From positions 62,901,503 to 62,965,502 of the forward strand of contig NC_068993.1 in the NCBI RefSeq assembly GCF_001194135.2: a stretch of 64,000 bases of DNA, given 5' to 3'. The notes beneath the pieces were generated by a model that worked only from the letters and a program-made list of their open reading frames with translations, ran no database searches and was not told where the DNA came from. This document shows, piece by piece, positions 1 to 56,900 of the stretch. Position 1 is the first letter of the stretch; each line of letters opens with the position of its first letter. The translations under genes were made by a program, and so were the position numbers. Origin of the DNA: Octopus bimaculoides. Lineage: Eukaryota.

Positions 1-588
1 AGGAAAAAGAAAATAATAAAAGAATTCTGAATTAGGATCAATCATCATCAAACACAAAATTATGAAAAAAAATTTAAAAAAAAAATTTAGAAACTGCACA
101 GAGTGAATATATGAGCAGGTACTTCCTGAAGTAGAACACATGAAAAGCACTAACGATCACCTAATTTGAGAAGTTCGTGGAAACGAAGACAACTATTATT
201 TGAGAATTAAAGACAAATCCTACACAACAAATACCTGAAATATCACTTCATTTTATTAACCAGGAACAATATAGAGGTTTATATAAAACATTGGATTTGA
301 TCCTTTATTCAAAGAGCTTAAATACCTAAAATAGTCTTCTCACTCAAGCACTTTTTTTAATACCAGTTTTAGCCACTGGACTACAATAATTCTAGGGTAC
401 AACCGTCAAAGATTTGATTTTATAAACTGCAATTTGTCTGCTGATTATTTGATCCAATTACTTAAGAAGACAAAGAAACCTAGGGGAAAAAGGAAAAACA
501 GAAGTAATCGGTATGGAACCAAATACAAGGTATATTGTTTAACAAACCAATTCTTTCATCCCACACTGATGGAAAGATGGATGAATGA

Positions 589-591
<3 letters not shown>

Positions 592-667
<76 letters not shown>

Positions 668-672
668 TACCA

Positions 673-705
<33 letters not shown>
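592..705. repeat. (TA)n/(CA)n microsatellite
   Basis: Seen directly. Confidence 0.95.
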
Positions 706-2054
706 CATCTGACGGGTTTCCATTCAGTTTCTGTCAAATTTTATTCACGAGATTTTCCCAAGAACCTACACAACAAGCTTGAACCGAAAACGACATGGTT
801 ACCAAGTGCAATCTGTTTAACCTCACCACCAATCTTATACTATTGGGTGACATTTCTAGCTTCCTTATGAAGGTCATTACGAATATCGGTGATACAAAAT
901 GGAACAGCAACTGGAACACAGATTCGGCTTTTCTGAAAGCTAGAACTCAATTCTTGGTCTATGGTACTCTCTAAATAGTACATCCAATTATTTGGTTATA
1001 TATATATATATATCATGTATGGAATTTCAATATGGCTAAAAGGGATATCAGAAAACCAAGGATTATAAATATTTCTGATTCCCATCTTAATAGATGCTAA
1101 GAAATGTTAATGACGTGAATTAAGCCAAATCGTCTGACTGCAGGAGCTCATTTGTTCTTAGGGTGGTATTAAGACATATAAGCCATTAATCTAGACAATT
1201 AAACAATCTTTGGCTGAATAAAAGCTTTCATCTCATTCACACACACAATTAGAAAATAAATGGTAAAAAAAAAAAAAAAAAGAGAAACCAAATGTAGGGA
1301 AGAAATTATTTTAAGAAGTCTAAAAATATAAGCATAACAAGTTTAAGTCACGAGAAGAAAATGGTATTCAGCTTGATGGGAGTCTTCATTCAATGGACAT
1401 AAACAATTTGAAATTCAATGCAAATTTATACAAATCAATAAGAGGAATTTGATAAATTTCCATTTTTCCAATTCCAATGAAAGACCAATGTATTCCTGGG
1501 ATTTAATAACAGAAAATGTCCATAATCTTTAGAATATATATTAGCATCATCATTATTCCACACACGCACACACAAATAATAAAGACTTTGAATGGTTCTT
1601 ATATAATTTCCAAAGTTCTTCAGAAATAGTGATTTTGAAAACATCACAGGTAGCAAAAAAAAAAGAGAAAGAAAATTGAAATGGGATTAGTTTTCTAAAT
1701 ATTTCTTTTAACAAGCTAAAAATGACACTGGTTATTGGAAATGGGATTAAATATTTAGAAATATTTTCAACAGTAGAAGATGGAATAAGAGATGCCTAAC
1801 TGCCGTCCATTTTGACATCTCAGTTGAAATTCTGATGCTATAAACTTTACTTATCTTTTGTTGGGCGATGGGGTTAATATATATATATATACAACTTATA
1901 TACTACATCTCTTCTTTGCAAAAGAGGAGTAAAAACACAAATGGAATTCTATAAGCAGTGAAAATAGAGACTTCTGCAGATTTGAAAGTAAAAGATTATC
2001 ATATATTGAGGCGAGAGGAATAGGGTGAATGGATTTACACGCTTTGATGGGTTC

Positions 2055-2058
<4 letters not shown>

Positions 2059-2103
<45 letters not shown>
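2059..2103. repeat. (TTA)n microsatellite
   Basis: Seen directly. Confidence 0.95.
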
Positions 2104-2108
<5 letters not shown>

Positions 2109-2116
2109 AGACAGCA

Positions 2117-2335
2117 AGCTGGCAGAATCATTAGCATGCAGACTATGCAGACAGACAAAATGTCACTAAGCATTTTGCCAATCTGCACATTCTGGGTTCA
2201 AATTCTGCCGTGGTCCACTTTCCCTTTCATCTTTTCAGGGGTCAATTAATTAAGTACCAGTCAAACACTGGAGTCAATGTAATCAACTAGCACCCTCCCC
2301 CAAAATTCCATCAACAATTTGTCCACTCCATATCC
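2117..2335 (+). mobile_element. SINE family A (gcagaatcattagc...gagttcaaattc...aagtaccag...ctccccc)
   Basis: Same core recurs at 2350-2570(-), 15130-15530 (x2), 21010-21200, 39085-39275, 43595-43795, 52780-52930(-), 62420-62600(-), 63280-63440(-). Confidence 0.75.
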
Positions 2336-2349
2336 TTTACCTTATGTAC

Positions 2350-2572
2350 ACTGCTTATCTTCTTTTCTACTCTAGGCACAAGACTCGAAATTGGGGTGAG
2401 GAGCAGTCGATAAGATTAACCCCAGTACCCTACTGGTACTTATTTAATCAACCCCAAAACAGTGAAAGGCAAAGTCGACCTCGGCAGAATTGGAACTCAG
2501 AACGTAAAGACAGACAAAATACTGCTAAGCATTCCACCCAGCGTTCTAACGTTTCTGCCAGCTCACCACCTT
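2350..2572 (-). mobile_element. SINE family A, inverted copy
   Basis: Reverse complement of the family A core. Confidence 0.75.
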
Positions 2573-2808
2573 GTACATTGTTTATATCTATCAGACTGGT
2601 GTCTTCGTCTTGAAGGTTGCTTTCACTGTGTTTTGGCTGTTGTACGCTCCCGCCTTCTTCAGATGTCTTGTGTTGAACTCGGTTGTTATATCGGAATTAT
2701 GAACCTAATTCTTTATTTGATCCACGGGGACACCACTCTGACTAATATAAACAGTACACATAATATAAATTCCTCATCTCGGAAACATAGAATTGTCTTA
2801 TCCCTTAC

Positions 2809-46341
<43,533 letters not shown>

Positions 46342-47109
46342 CTACAAAATAAAATTAAAAACAAAATTATTTTTGCCATGAATTATTTTAGACTTTGATC
46401 AAATTAATTTTAAAATGGTTAAATTAAAATATATTTTGCAAAATTGTAAAGCATCCACAAAATAATTGTATTAATAACAGATTGTTTATAAAATATTTTC
46501 ATTAAGTGTTTCCAGTGTTTGTCTTGTAGCTTAACTGAAAAGAGAAAAACAACAATCTACCTTGCTACTAAATTAATGATTTACTTAAATACTTATGCTT
46601 ACACTGAAGGTTGTGGACCAATTTAATGCAAAATCCATTGAAACGACACAAAGAAAGTAAGGACAAACACCAAAGAGAAATGTGTTATGAAATAAAAATA
46701 TAAAGAGACAGACAGGTAATAACCAGATTTAACAACTGCAAGTTTTCAGTGTTATGAGGAGTTAGAAATTTCCAAGAACATATTACAAAACTTCAATGTG
46801 TTCATTTCTCTCTGTATGCTACAGAGGTTTAATATCTAAAGAATAAATTCTTTGTAGTAGAGAATATAATTCCTATGAAAATAATGAATATGATAATATT
46901 TAATCTTTTCTATATAACGTTAATGTTTTCTCACTGTAATAGAAGAAAGTAAAGATTAAACTGTCTAAACTCAGGGGAAATTCAGTGGAAAACATGAAAC
47001 TTGGTAACTATAAGGAAAATTCAAACATTAATATCAGTGTAATTTTTCATGTGGAAACACTAGTAAATAAAATATAAGCAAGCCAAACGAGAAAAATTAT
47101 GTAGTCATG

Positions 47110-47285
47110 CAACCTGCTAGAAATAGTAGCCAAATTATCCTAAAATTACTCCCTACTATCTTGAAAAAGTAAGGACACATTACACATTGTAGTGTTGGAT
47201 ATACAAAAAGATGGAATGACCGCAGCTGGAATGTCTGATCGTAACTCTGCAAGTTCAGATCTACATGGATCTAAACAGCTATTAA
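47110..47285 (+). repeat. Dispersed repeat 'gcaacctgctagaaatagcagccaaatctccc'
   Basis: Related copies at ~20700-20830, 34660-34790, 52260-52410, 52450-52630. Confidence 0.6.
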
Positions 47286-48331
47286 TTAGATTTAATAAAA
47301 AAAAGAGCTCGTAAAAATTACTTGCACTCAGAATTAAAAAAAAAATAACCCCCTCAAAACTGAAGCCTTTAAATTATTAACTAATTACTGTCACATGTTA
47401 TATGAGCTGCAGCGAGTGTCATTAAGACATACACCACAATAACTTCATGTGCCATTAAGACACTCACTTCATGAGGTTTGTCAAGTGTCCAGAAAAGCAA
47501 TTCTTAACTGCAGCTCCCAGGGATGCATGCGGCCCCCAGGTATCATTCCAGCGGGTCCCCGACAGTCTTCCCTTTATAAATATAAATTTTGCTTTATTTT
47601 GACTGGTCTTACTTTTTTTAGTGTAGATCCCTAAAAACATCCAGGTTTTAGATCTGGCCCAAATATTAAAAAGGTTGAGAACCATTGGCCTGAAGTCACA
47701 CACTAAAATAGTTTTAAAATTTTTATACAAGACATTCTGAAACAGCCGAAACACATATCTGTAAGATACATGGTGTAGTAAATAAAGAGGCACTCATTCG
47801 CTCTTTAACAAAGATCCTCTCCATTTATATCTTATTTCATTATGCATGGAGTCTGACATTTTAAGTTCTATACGAGACTTGTAATACTGACAAGCTAATG
47901 TTAAGTGCTACAATTCTATTCTGGTCAAAGTTTGACAACAAACATTTTTTTAAAACAAAAATATCATTGATTAATCTCACTACAGGCAATGAACATCATT
48001 TGAAAAACGGTTGAAAAAGAGGTGGCCTTAAGTGTTTATGTTGTTTTTGATTTTCTTTCCTTACAAATGCTACTCTATGTTGGCATGGATAAGTTATCTT
48101 TTTTTACTTAATTTATAAACTTGCATGTAGAGTAAAAGTACGTCTTGATATCTGATGTTACCACAGATAACTTCCAATGTCGATGCAGGATGACTGGTGA
48201 TAGTGGTAAGCCAGACCTATTGAATCAAGAATGGTAACATAGTTTCCCTAGGAGCACAATGCATTGGCTGTAGCAAAGTTAACCCTATTGATACCAACCT
48301 GCCTGAGATGTGCCATTGATTCTATTGATAC

Positions 48332-48363
<32 letters not shown>

Positions 48364-49482
48364 NNNNNNNNNNTATCTGTGTTTGTCCCCCCCCCCTCAC
48401 CATCGCTTGACAACCAATGGTGGTGTATTCACGTCCCCGTAACTTAGCAGTTCAGCAACAGAGATTGATAGAATAAGTACTAGGCTTACAAACAATAAGT
48501 CCTGAGGTCTATTTGCTTGACTAAAGGCAGTGCTCCAGCATGGCCACAGTCAAATGACTGAAACAAATAAAAGAACATATACATACATGCTCGACTGCTG
48601 AACCCTTCATGATTTTTTCATTCTCTCTGTTTATTTTCTTCTATTCCTTCCTGCTGAAGAGTGTAGGCTCAAAACCTAAAAGACTTTTTCATTTTTCCCA
48701 AGTGCCAAACTAATATACTTGCTTGTTGTTCATACACTTGCCTTTGTCCTTTGTTTTTCTATAAATTTCAGCTGAGTGTGTGTGTGCATATACTTATACA
48801 TACACACATGCACACACACACACACACATATATATATACATGCAAAACATATATACATACACACATACATTCACATAAACACGCATCAGTACTACCAACT
48901 ATACTAACTCAACTGAACACACTTAACTCCACTTCAGCGCTATACCATTCACTCCAACCACCATACACCCACCATGTATGTGGGTGTCTCCATAACATGC
49001 AGTGCTTTATTTTGATCTCCATAGTAATTATAATGATTGCATAGCAATTTTATTAGGAAAATTTAATATCAATATTTAGAACTTTGATTCTAATAATTGG
49101 ATAATTTTTTAATTAATTTTAAGTAAAGTTTGGTACCCAACAATTTTGATAACAATAAGTGTTTGACAACATTATCTGTGATGATAAATGGCTTCAACCA
49201 ACTTGGCGCCAAACACTAACATAAGTTTCTGAGACATTTATCACTACTATACTTGCCATCTAGCACCATCACCATATATCTACTATATCTCTGGAGCTAG
49301 AGGCATTCCTTCATTTCCATAGTGATTCTAGAAATTGTGCAAACGATTACTTGAAAATGTTGGCAATAATATCAAGAGCTTTGATTCTAATAACAAAATG
49401 TGTGTGTGTATATGTAAGAAATTCCTCTCTCTTTCTTTCTTTGCAGTTTATTGTTGATCATAAAAGAGAAAGATATAGTAGT

Positions 49483-51440
49483 ATAGTAGTAACAGAAGGA
49501 AGAACGAGAGGGGTAAAGAGAGATACGTAGTAGTAACAGAGGAAGAACGAGAGGGGGAAAAATGATAGAGAAAGAGATAGAGTCGCGTCAGAAAATATAA
49601 AGTTGAAAACTACTTACAATTGGGATGACGCAGGCATTCGATCATGTAAAATAAATAGTAAATGAGTATATGCATATATATATACGTACAGGTATGTGCA
49701 TACCTACGTCTACCTGTATATATAGGTGCATATCTGGGTACAGGACATTGCAAACAAAACGTAGACAAGAAAATAATAACCAGAGTACAGAAAACACACA
49801 AGAGTTGGGCAGGACGCATCGTTAAAACGGCTCTTCCCATGGACCACAAATTACATTTGTATACACAAATTAAACTTGTGCCATGGAGGAATGTAGTGGC
49901 GGACAAAAAACAAGACAGGAAAACAAACGGAAAAGGCTGTGCGGCCAGANNNNNNNNNNATATGCATATATATATACGTACAGGTATGTGCATACCTACG
50001 TCTACCTGTATATATAGGTGCATATCTGGGTACAGGACATTGCAAACAAAACGTAGACAAGAAAATAATAACCAGAGTACAGAAAACACACAAGAGTTGG
50101 GCAGGACGCATCGTTAAAACGGCTCTTCCCATGGACCACAAATTACATTTGTATACACAAATTAAACTTGTGCCATGGAGGAATGTAGTGGCGGACAAAA
50201 AACAAGACAGGAAAACAAACGGAAAAGGCTGTGCGGCCAGACGTGAAAAATTATGTGTATATGAACGCAGTGAGGCACAAACTGAAAAAGATGGGACGAA
50301 GTAAGTTCGCGTGTTTGCTCGGCGATAGCCAAGGAAGAAAAGGATTATTGACCGGAAGCATGTGACCAAGCAGGGGTAAGGGAGCGAGAGTGGTAGAGGG
50401 AGAAACAAAGGGAGGAAGTAGAAGAATAGGTGAGCAACGAAAGAAAGAGGAAGAGAATATAGTAGTAACAGAAGAACGAGAGGGAAAAGAAAGAGACATA
50501 GTAGTAACAGAAGGAAGAACGAGAGGGGTAAAGAGAGATACGCAGTAGTAACAGAGGAAGAACGAGAGGGGAGAAATGATAGAGAAAGAGATAGAGTCGC
50601 GTCAGAAAATAAAAAGTTGAAAACTACTTACAACTGGGATGAAGCAGGCGTTCGATCATGTAAAACAAATAATAAATGAGTATATGCATATATACGTACA
50701 GGTATGTGCATACCTACATCTACCTGTATATATAGGTGCATATCTGGAAGAACAAGAGGGGGAAAAATGATAAGACACTTNNNNNNNNNNNNNNNNNNNN
50801 NNNNNNNNNNNNNNNNNNNNNNNNNNNNNNNNNNNNNNNNNNNNNNNNNNNNNNNNNNNNNNNCATAGTAGTAACAGAAGGAAGAACGAGAGGGGTAAAG
50901 AGAGATACGCAGTAGTAACAGAGGAAGAACGAGAGGGGAGAAATGATAGAGAAAGAGATAGAGTCGCGTCAGAAAATAAAAAGTTGAAAACTACTTACAA
51001 CTGGGATGAAGCAGGCGTTCGATCATGTAAAACAAATAATAAATGAGTATATGCATATATACGTACAGGTATGTGCATACCTATGTCTACCTGTATATAT
51101 AGGTCCATATCTGGGTACAGGACATTGCAAACAAAACGTAGACAAGAAAATAATAATAACCAGAGTACAGAAAACACACAAGCCACATAGAGAACATTTT
51201 CCTTCATCAGCTACCCCCATTTTAACACTGGCGTTTCGAAGAGTTGGGCAGGACGCATCGTTAAAATGGCTCTTCCCATGGACCGCAAATTAAATTTGTA
51301 TACACAAATTGAACCTGTGCCATGGAGGAATGTAGTGGCGGACAAAAAACAAGACAGGAAAACAAACGGAAAAGAAAACAAGACAGGAAAACAGACGGAA
51401 AAGGCTGTGCAGCCAGACGTGAAAAATTATGTGTATATGA
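49483..51440. repeat. Tandem ~0.7-kb unclassified unit (about 3 diverged copies, partly assembly stutter)
   Basis: gagtcgcgtcagaaaat..actacttacaa..gatcatg block at ~49580, ~50595 and ~50963; N-gaps at 49950 and 50781. Confidence 0.75.
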
Positions 51441-51448
51441 TCACTGTG

Positions 51449-51980
51449 AATGCCATTTTGTTTAGGACAGGTATAATTAACAACACAGGAACATGTATCA
51501 TACATCAAAATGAAGCTGGTCCTCTGTGGATCACATCCCTTCTTCTTAACATAGTCACAGTTTCTCTCAAGAGCAATGTTCCACCTTCGAATGAGAGCAT
51601 GTATCCCTGCTACATAAAATTCTGTCGACTGTTCTTTGAGCCACTTCTTCACTACAGTTTTCACTTCCTCGTCACTGGACTATCATCTCTTCGGCCCCAT
51701 GAAAAAGGGTTTGAGAGACAAACATTATTCCAGTGACGAGGAAGTGAAAACTGTAGAGAAGAAATGGCTCAAAGAACAGTCAACAGAATCTTACGGGGCA
51801 GGGATGCATGCTCTCATTCGAAGGTGGAACATTGCTATTGAGAGAAACGGTGACTATGTTGAGAAATAGGGACGTGATCCACAGAGGACCAGCTTCATTT
51901 TGATGTATGATACATGTTCCTGTGTTGTTAATTATACCTATCCTAAACAAAATGGCATTATTTTTTGACTCACTCGCGTA
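51449..51980. mobile_element. mariner-derived palindromic element with two inverted 3' ends
   Basis: Arms 51449-51679 and 51729-51959 are reverse complements; both encode ..EVKTV.KKWLKEQSTE.Y..G.HALIRRWNIA.ERN.DYV; right end ttttttgactcactcgcg|TA. Confidence 0.85.
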
Positions 51981-53338
51981 GTTTGTCAACTGACTGCAAT
52001 TTGTCATAATTTAAATGAAGTTGATATTTATGTAAAAAATTTATTTGAAGAGTAACATATTTAGAGAAAAGAGAGAAAGCAATATTTGATTAACTGACAG
52101 CGTTTCAAGTATCTGCAGTGATGCAGTTGGATACTTTTACACTTTTGGAATTTGTTTTGAAACATTTGCTAAAAAAAAAAAAAATTCTCAGTAATTTTAA
52201 TTTGAATCAGTTCACAGATTCCATGTGGAATTCACAGATGGAGCCTCGACATGGTGACTCAAGTTGCTATAAACAGTAACCAAAATCCCCCTCAAATCAT
52301 TCCCTATATTTTGAAAAAATGAAGGACATGCATAACAAAATCTTGAATATGGTCTGTCTGAAAGGAAAATTCAGAGATCACAGCTGAGACATTTTTCATC
52401 ATAGAGTCACAAGAACATCTACAACCAGCTAGGCAACCTGTATATAATCACTCAACCTGCTAGTAATAACAGCCAAAGCTCTCTAAAACAATATACCATC
52501 AGCAAAAATGAAGAACACATTTGATTAATGTAGTTCTTGATACATTATATTTGAAAATAAAAAAAAAAGATGGGTTGGGGATTCAGTTAGAATGGCACTG
52601 ATCAAAGAAGACCTGAGCCTAAATAACAACTACTTAGGAAACGATTTTATAAATGAAACACATTATGAGAGTTTGTTTGATCTATAGTAAGTAGTTCAAT
52701 CAATATATGATAAATAATTAGATACGTTCCTTATCGTGAAAGAGTTAATGGCTCCCACCAAGAGAGAAAGAAATCAACCGCAGCACTTAACAAGTACTTT
52801 ATTCCCAAACCCCTAAAAACCCAAGGCAAATCAGCCTTAGCAGGGTTCGAACTCAGAATGCAGAGATCTGGATTAAATATTGCAAAGCATCCTGTCCAAT
52901 GACCCAATGCACTAACAACTCTGCCTATACACTGACTTGTTCTATTACTTAATTCCAATAATAAACTTGTAGTTATGGTTCTCAAAGCAAGAACATCATT
53001 TTTAATAACTACCACAAAATGTATTCAAACTCTATAAAAACAGTTTGAAGAGTCGTCACATCTTCCAGTTAAATGTCGAATAATTTAAATCAATATCAAA
53101 AGGTCATCAAGACTAACACTTCTACATCCTAACATCCATTGTTTAAAATCTGATAAAAATATTTTTCAGAAATTTATTTTAAAAGTAAAAATGACCTTTC
53201 TTAAACATATCCTGTTTTTCTGTATCTCTTATAATCTCAATTCTCTGAAACAAAGGAATCTATTTGATGATTAGTTCAGTCAACATTTGCCATCTTCAAA
53301 TACAGGAACATACAGGTCAATGAGAAATAACAGCCTAG

Positions 53339-53516
53339 AAATAACAGCCAAACCAATCTTGAAATGACAGCCAAACCGATCTTGAAATGACAGCCAAACC
53401 GATCTTGAAATGACAGCCAAACCGATCTTGAANNNNNNNNNNTCTTGAAATGACAGCCAAACCGATCTTGAAATGACAGCCAAACCGATCTTGAAATGAC
53501 AGCCAAACCGATCTTG
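53339..53516 (+). repeat. 23-bp minisatellite (aaatgacagccaaaccgatcttg), at least 7 copies
   Basis: Near-identical head-to-tail units with a 10-N gap. Confidence 0.9.
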
Positions 53517-53701
53517 AATCACACACACATAATCTCAAAAGTGATTGGATAGTTATGCCTGGAATGCATTTGACCAGGATAGGTGTGGCTGGAATGTTTC
53601 TTAGCTTAGATTAAAATGACTAAGTTTTCTGTTAAGGTTGACCTGTGGCTAAACAACAATGACATTCTTGTATGTGGTGAGTTTGTTTAACAAAAATATC
53701 T

Positions 53702-53931
53702 TGAGCCCTTTAGTATTTAAAGCAGCCATATCCAGCCAAAATATTCTTCCTGGTCAAGGTTCAAACTAGCCAGCTCCTGCCTCACACACCTACCCTACAA
53801 TGTCATTCTAAAAAACAAAATAGTCACATCATTGAAATCTCAAGGATACAAGATAATGCAGAATAAATCCAAAGCAATATAAATAAATAAGCATTATATT
53901 TAACAGAGTAATCTGAATGCTGAAGGGTTAA
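53702..53931 (+). mobile_element. TTAA-CCC MITE family copy
   Basis: ccctttagtatttaaagcagccatatcc...ctgaatgctgaagggttaa. Confidence 0.7.
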
Positions 53932-56900
53932 ATCAACTATCTCTTTAAACGAGGAGTAAGCATCAGGTCTACAGTCCACAAATGGCTGGCTCACTGAGGT
54001 ATTCTTGTGGGCCTTAATGATTCCCCCACTTGTCAACTGACATTTTCCAAAAGTTTGTTAGATTTAATGGTAGTGAGCTATAGAACAACTGATGGTTTTT
54101 AGTTTTTTGTCTTACAATTTAATTTTTACTTACACAAGCATTGCCAGTGATGGAAATTGGGTGAGGATATTTTTACATCATCTAATGTCCACTTTTCCAT
54201 GCTTGCATGGGTCAGACAGAATTTGTTGAGGCACACTTTCTACAGCTGGATGCCCTTCCTGTTTTCCACCCTCACCAATTTCAAAGTATGGTAATATTTC
54301 ACTATGGAAGACAGGAAATGAACCTAATATTTATGATAGTGATGCTCATCTACAATCATTAAATGAGGTCAAGAGAAGGAAACACACACACTCACACACA
54401 CAGAACAGGCTTCTTACAGTTTCTGTCTACCAAATCCACTCACAAGGTTTGGGCTGGCCCAAGGGCATAATAGAAGACACTTACCAAGGTGTATATTGTA
54501 AAATATACATAAGTGATACTAAGGAAAAATTTAAAAAATTAAAAGTGGACTTCAACAAAAAAAGTTTCTAATCCATGCTTTAAGTGATAACATGAAGCCT
54601 GTTTTTTTTTTTTGTGTGGTGGAGGAGGGTTCCCCCTAAAAAGGGAAAATTGTGATGATCCCATTTTCTCCAAGGGTATTTGGACACGAAGAGACTACAG
54701 CATGTACAAAGACCATAACAACATATGAAACTATGAAACTTCACTTTAGATGTAATTTTTAGAATATGACTCATTATCTTAATCCTTTACACACCAAGTT
54801 ATAAATAATATTTTAGTCCTCAACTACCAGTTAAAAATGATCTTAGAAACCAGATGTTTGCTAAAATATCAATGTTTGTGGGTGGGCATTTGAATGCATG
54901 TTTGTGTCCAAACATGTATTTGCATGTGAAGTGAAAAGAAAAATAAGAAATTTGTAGAGATTTTTATACAGAGTAATAACAATTTTAGTCCAACTTCATT
55001 ACTGAGTTATAATTAATTACATTCATGCTGTGTTAAATATTTGATTGAGTCTCTCATAGAAGAAATGCACTTAGCACCAAAAACATTTTCTCTAAAGTTC
55101 TAAGTGAAGTCTGAATTTCTAGATACTTCAAACCTGCTGTACAACCATTTTTTTTTTTTTTCTGAGTTGTAAGACTTACAATATTAAAATTGTACCATGT
55201 TCAACTATGAGAGAATTTTCAATGTTTCACCTGTTGTTTGTCTTAAAATTTTATAAAATTGTCGATTTAAACTGTAGGCTTAGAAGAGAAAAAGAGTGGG
55301 ATGAAAGCCTTAAATCAACAACAAACTGTAAGGAGTGTGTAAAATTGCTTAAACATTTATGTTAAAAGTAAACATGCCAATTATCAAGACTGGATAAATA
55401 CTATCATAATTGTTAGATAATCATTGCTATTATGTACAAGGAATATCAGAATTTTGCACTTGCTAGAAATAGTGAAGTGTATTTAAAATCTCTTACTGGA
55501 TAGTTCCATTGATCTACAGTTACTTGTATAAAGGCTGTTTGAAAACATTAGAAAGTATATTACTATAAATATAATTTTCAGCAATGAATAAGATAAATTT
55601 AATTTTAACAACAGTTCTAAATACACCTACAGAATGAAATCTTATTGACAAATTTTCGTGGAAAAATTATAATAAAAAAAAAAATGTCAGAAATATTCAA
55701 TCATCTAAAACAAAACAAAAAAAAATTAACAATATTTATCAAATGCAATTTTAAAATATAAAAATGTTGAATAGCATTAAAAACCTAATTTTATGTTATT
55801 GTTTGTCCCTCTTACAAAAAATATCTAATTGTGTTGATTCAATTCAACTGATAAGGACCACTGTCAAACAGAATCATGTCACAAAATATATATATTCTTT
55901 TTTTTCATTTAGATACATTCAATGTGATATCCCCAGGACATCTACAAGAAGGTTGTTCAATTTAGTGAACTGATAAAACAGAAATTAACTCTAAAATTAT
56001 ACTCTATTATAAGCTGGGTCAAAATCAAATGCTACAAATGTTTCATAATATGGCCAACCTATTTGGAGTTATGTATAAACAATTACAATGCTGGTCCTTA
56101 TCAAATAAATTCATTAAGTCTTTAAACAAGAGACCTTACACTAAGTCCTAATTAGATTAAAAAACTAGTTATCAATATTCAGTCATGGTTCTCCTAAAAT
56201 ACAAAGCATAAATAGTTAGACACCTGATCTAAAACACACAAATTCTCTTAAGAAATCCAAACTGTGGTCTAAGGTACAAACAAAAAGAAGTTAGAATCAT
56301 TTCCGAGCAAGATTACACAGTTATCAGAAAAATATTTCGTGGGAAAGGTCTTAGTCAATTACATCAACTTTGATCAGAATTTGAACTTGAAACAAAGAAT
56401 AAGAATACTGCTCAAACGGATCAGCTGATCCACTACTCTTGAAATAGACATTATAATGAGTTCAGAACCTAAAGGACTGCAACAAATACTGCAAGGCAGT
56501 TTGTCTGATTCATTTGACACTCAAAAGATTCCAGAATCTCTTATGCTCCACATTAATTTAAGAACAAGAACTTCATATTCCCACCAGACTAGTTTACTGG
56601 TACCTTGCACTAACTACTATCTTGCACAGTACAGTATTAATACTAATGTATAGGTAATTGTATTTCATTTGATTATTTAAATTAATATTTGTTTAAATTT
56701 AGAATGTAACCACCCCTGGTTCAGAAAAATTAGTAATCTGTAATGACTTTGAACCAAGGCTCTAAAAAGAAAATTCAATATTATACCCTTATTAAAAACT
56801 GCTGTCGACAGAAGCTACTCACAGCAGTAACATAAAATTCAGAATCTGAAAACAAATTATCAACATATTGCTGTTAATTGTCAGGGCATTTTTTTTTTTT

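Noticed and set aside
480-870. IYIYIY/HTHT ORFs (and similar ERER, CVCV, LSLS ORFs elsewhere)
   Set aside because: Microsatellite translations
47860-47900. YYKSR frame resembling the BLTP1 first-exon YYNSR motif
   Set aside because: In-frame stop just upstream, no hydrophobic TM segment, and no suitable donor
49670-50240. Identical ~280-bp direct repeat and 121-185 aa ORFs
   Set aside because: Exact duplicate across a 10-N gap (artefact); the ORFs show no recognisable domain
53339-53516. CRISPR-like 23-bp repeat and overlapping ORFs (QDRFGCHFK...)
   Set aside because: Head-to-tail minisatellite; the ORFs are translations of the repeat
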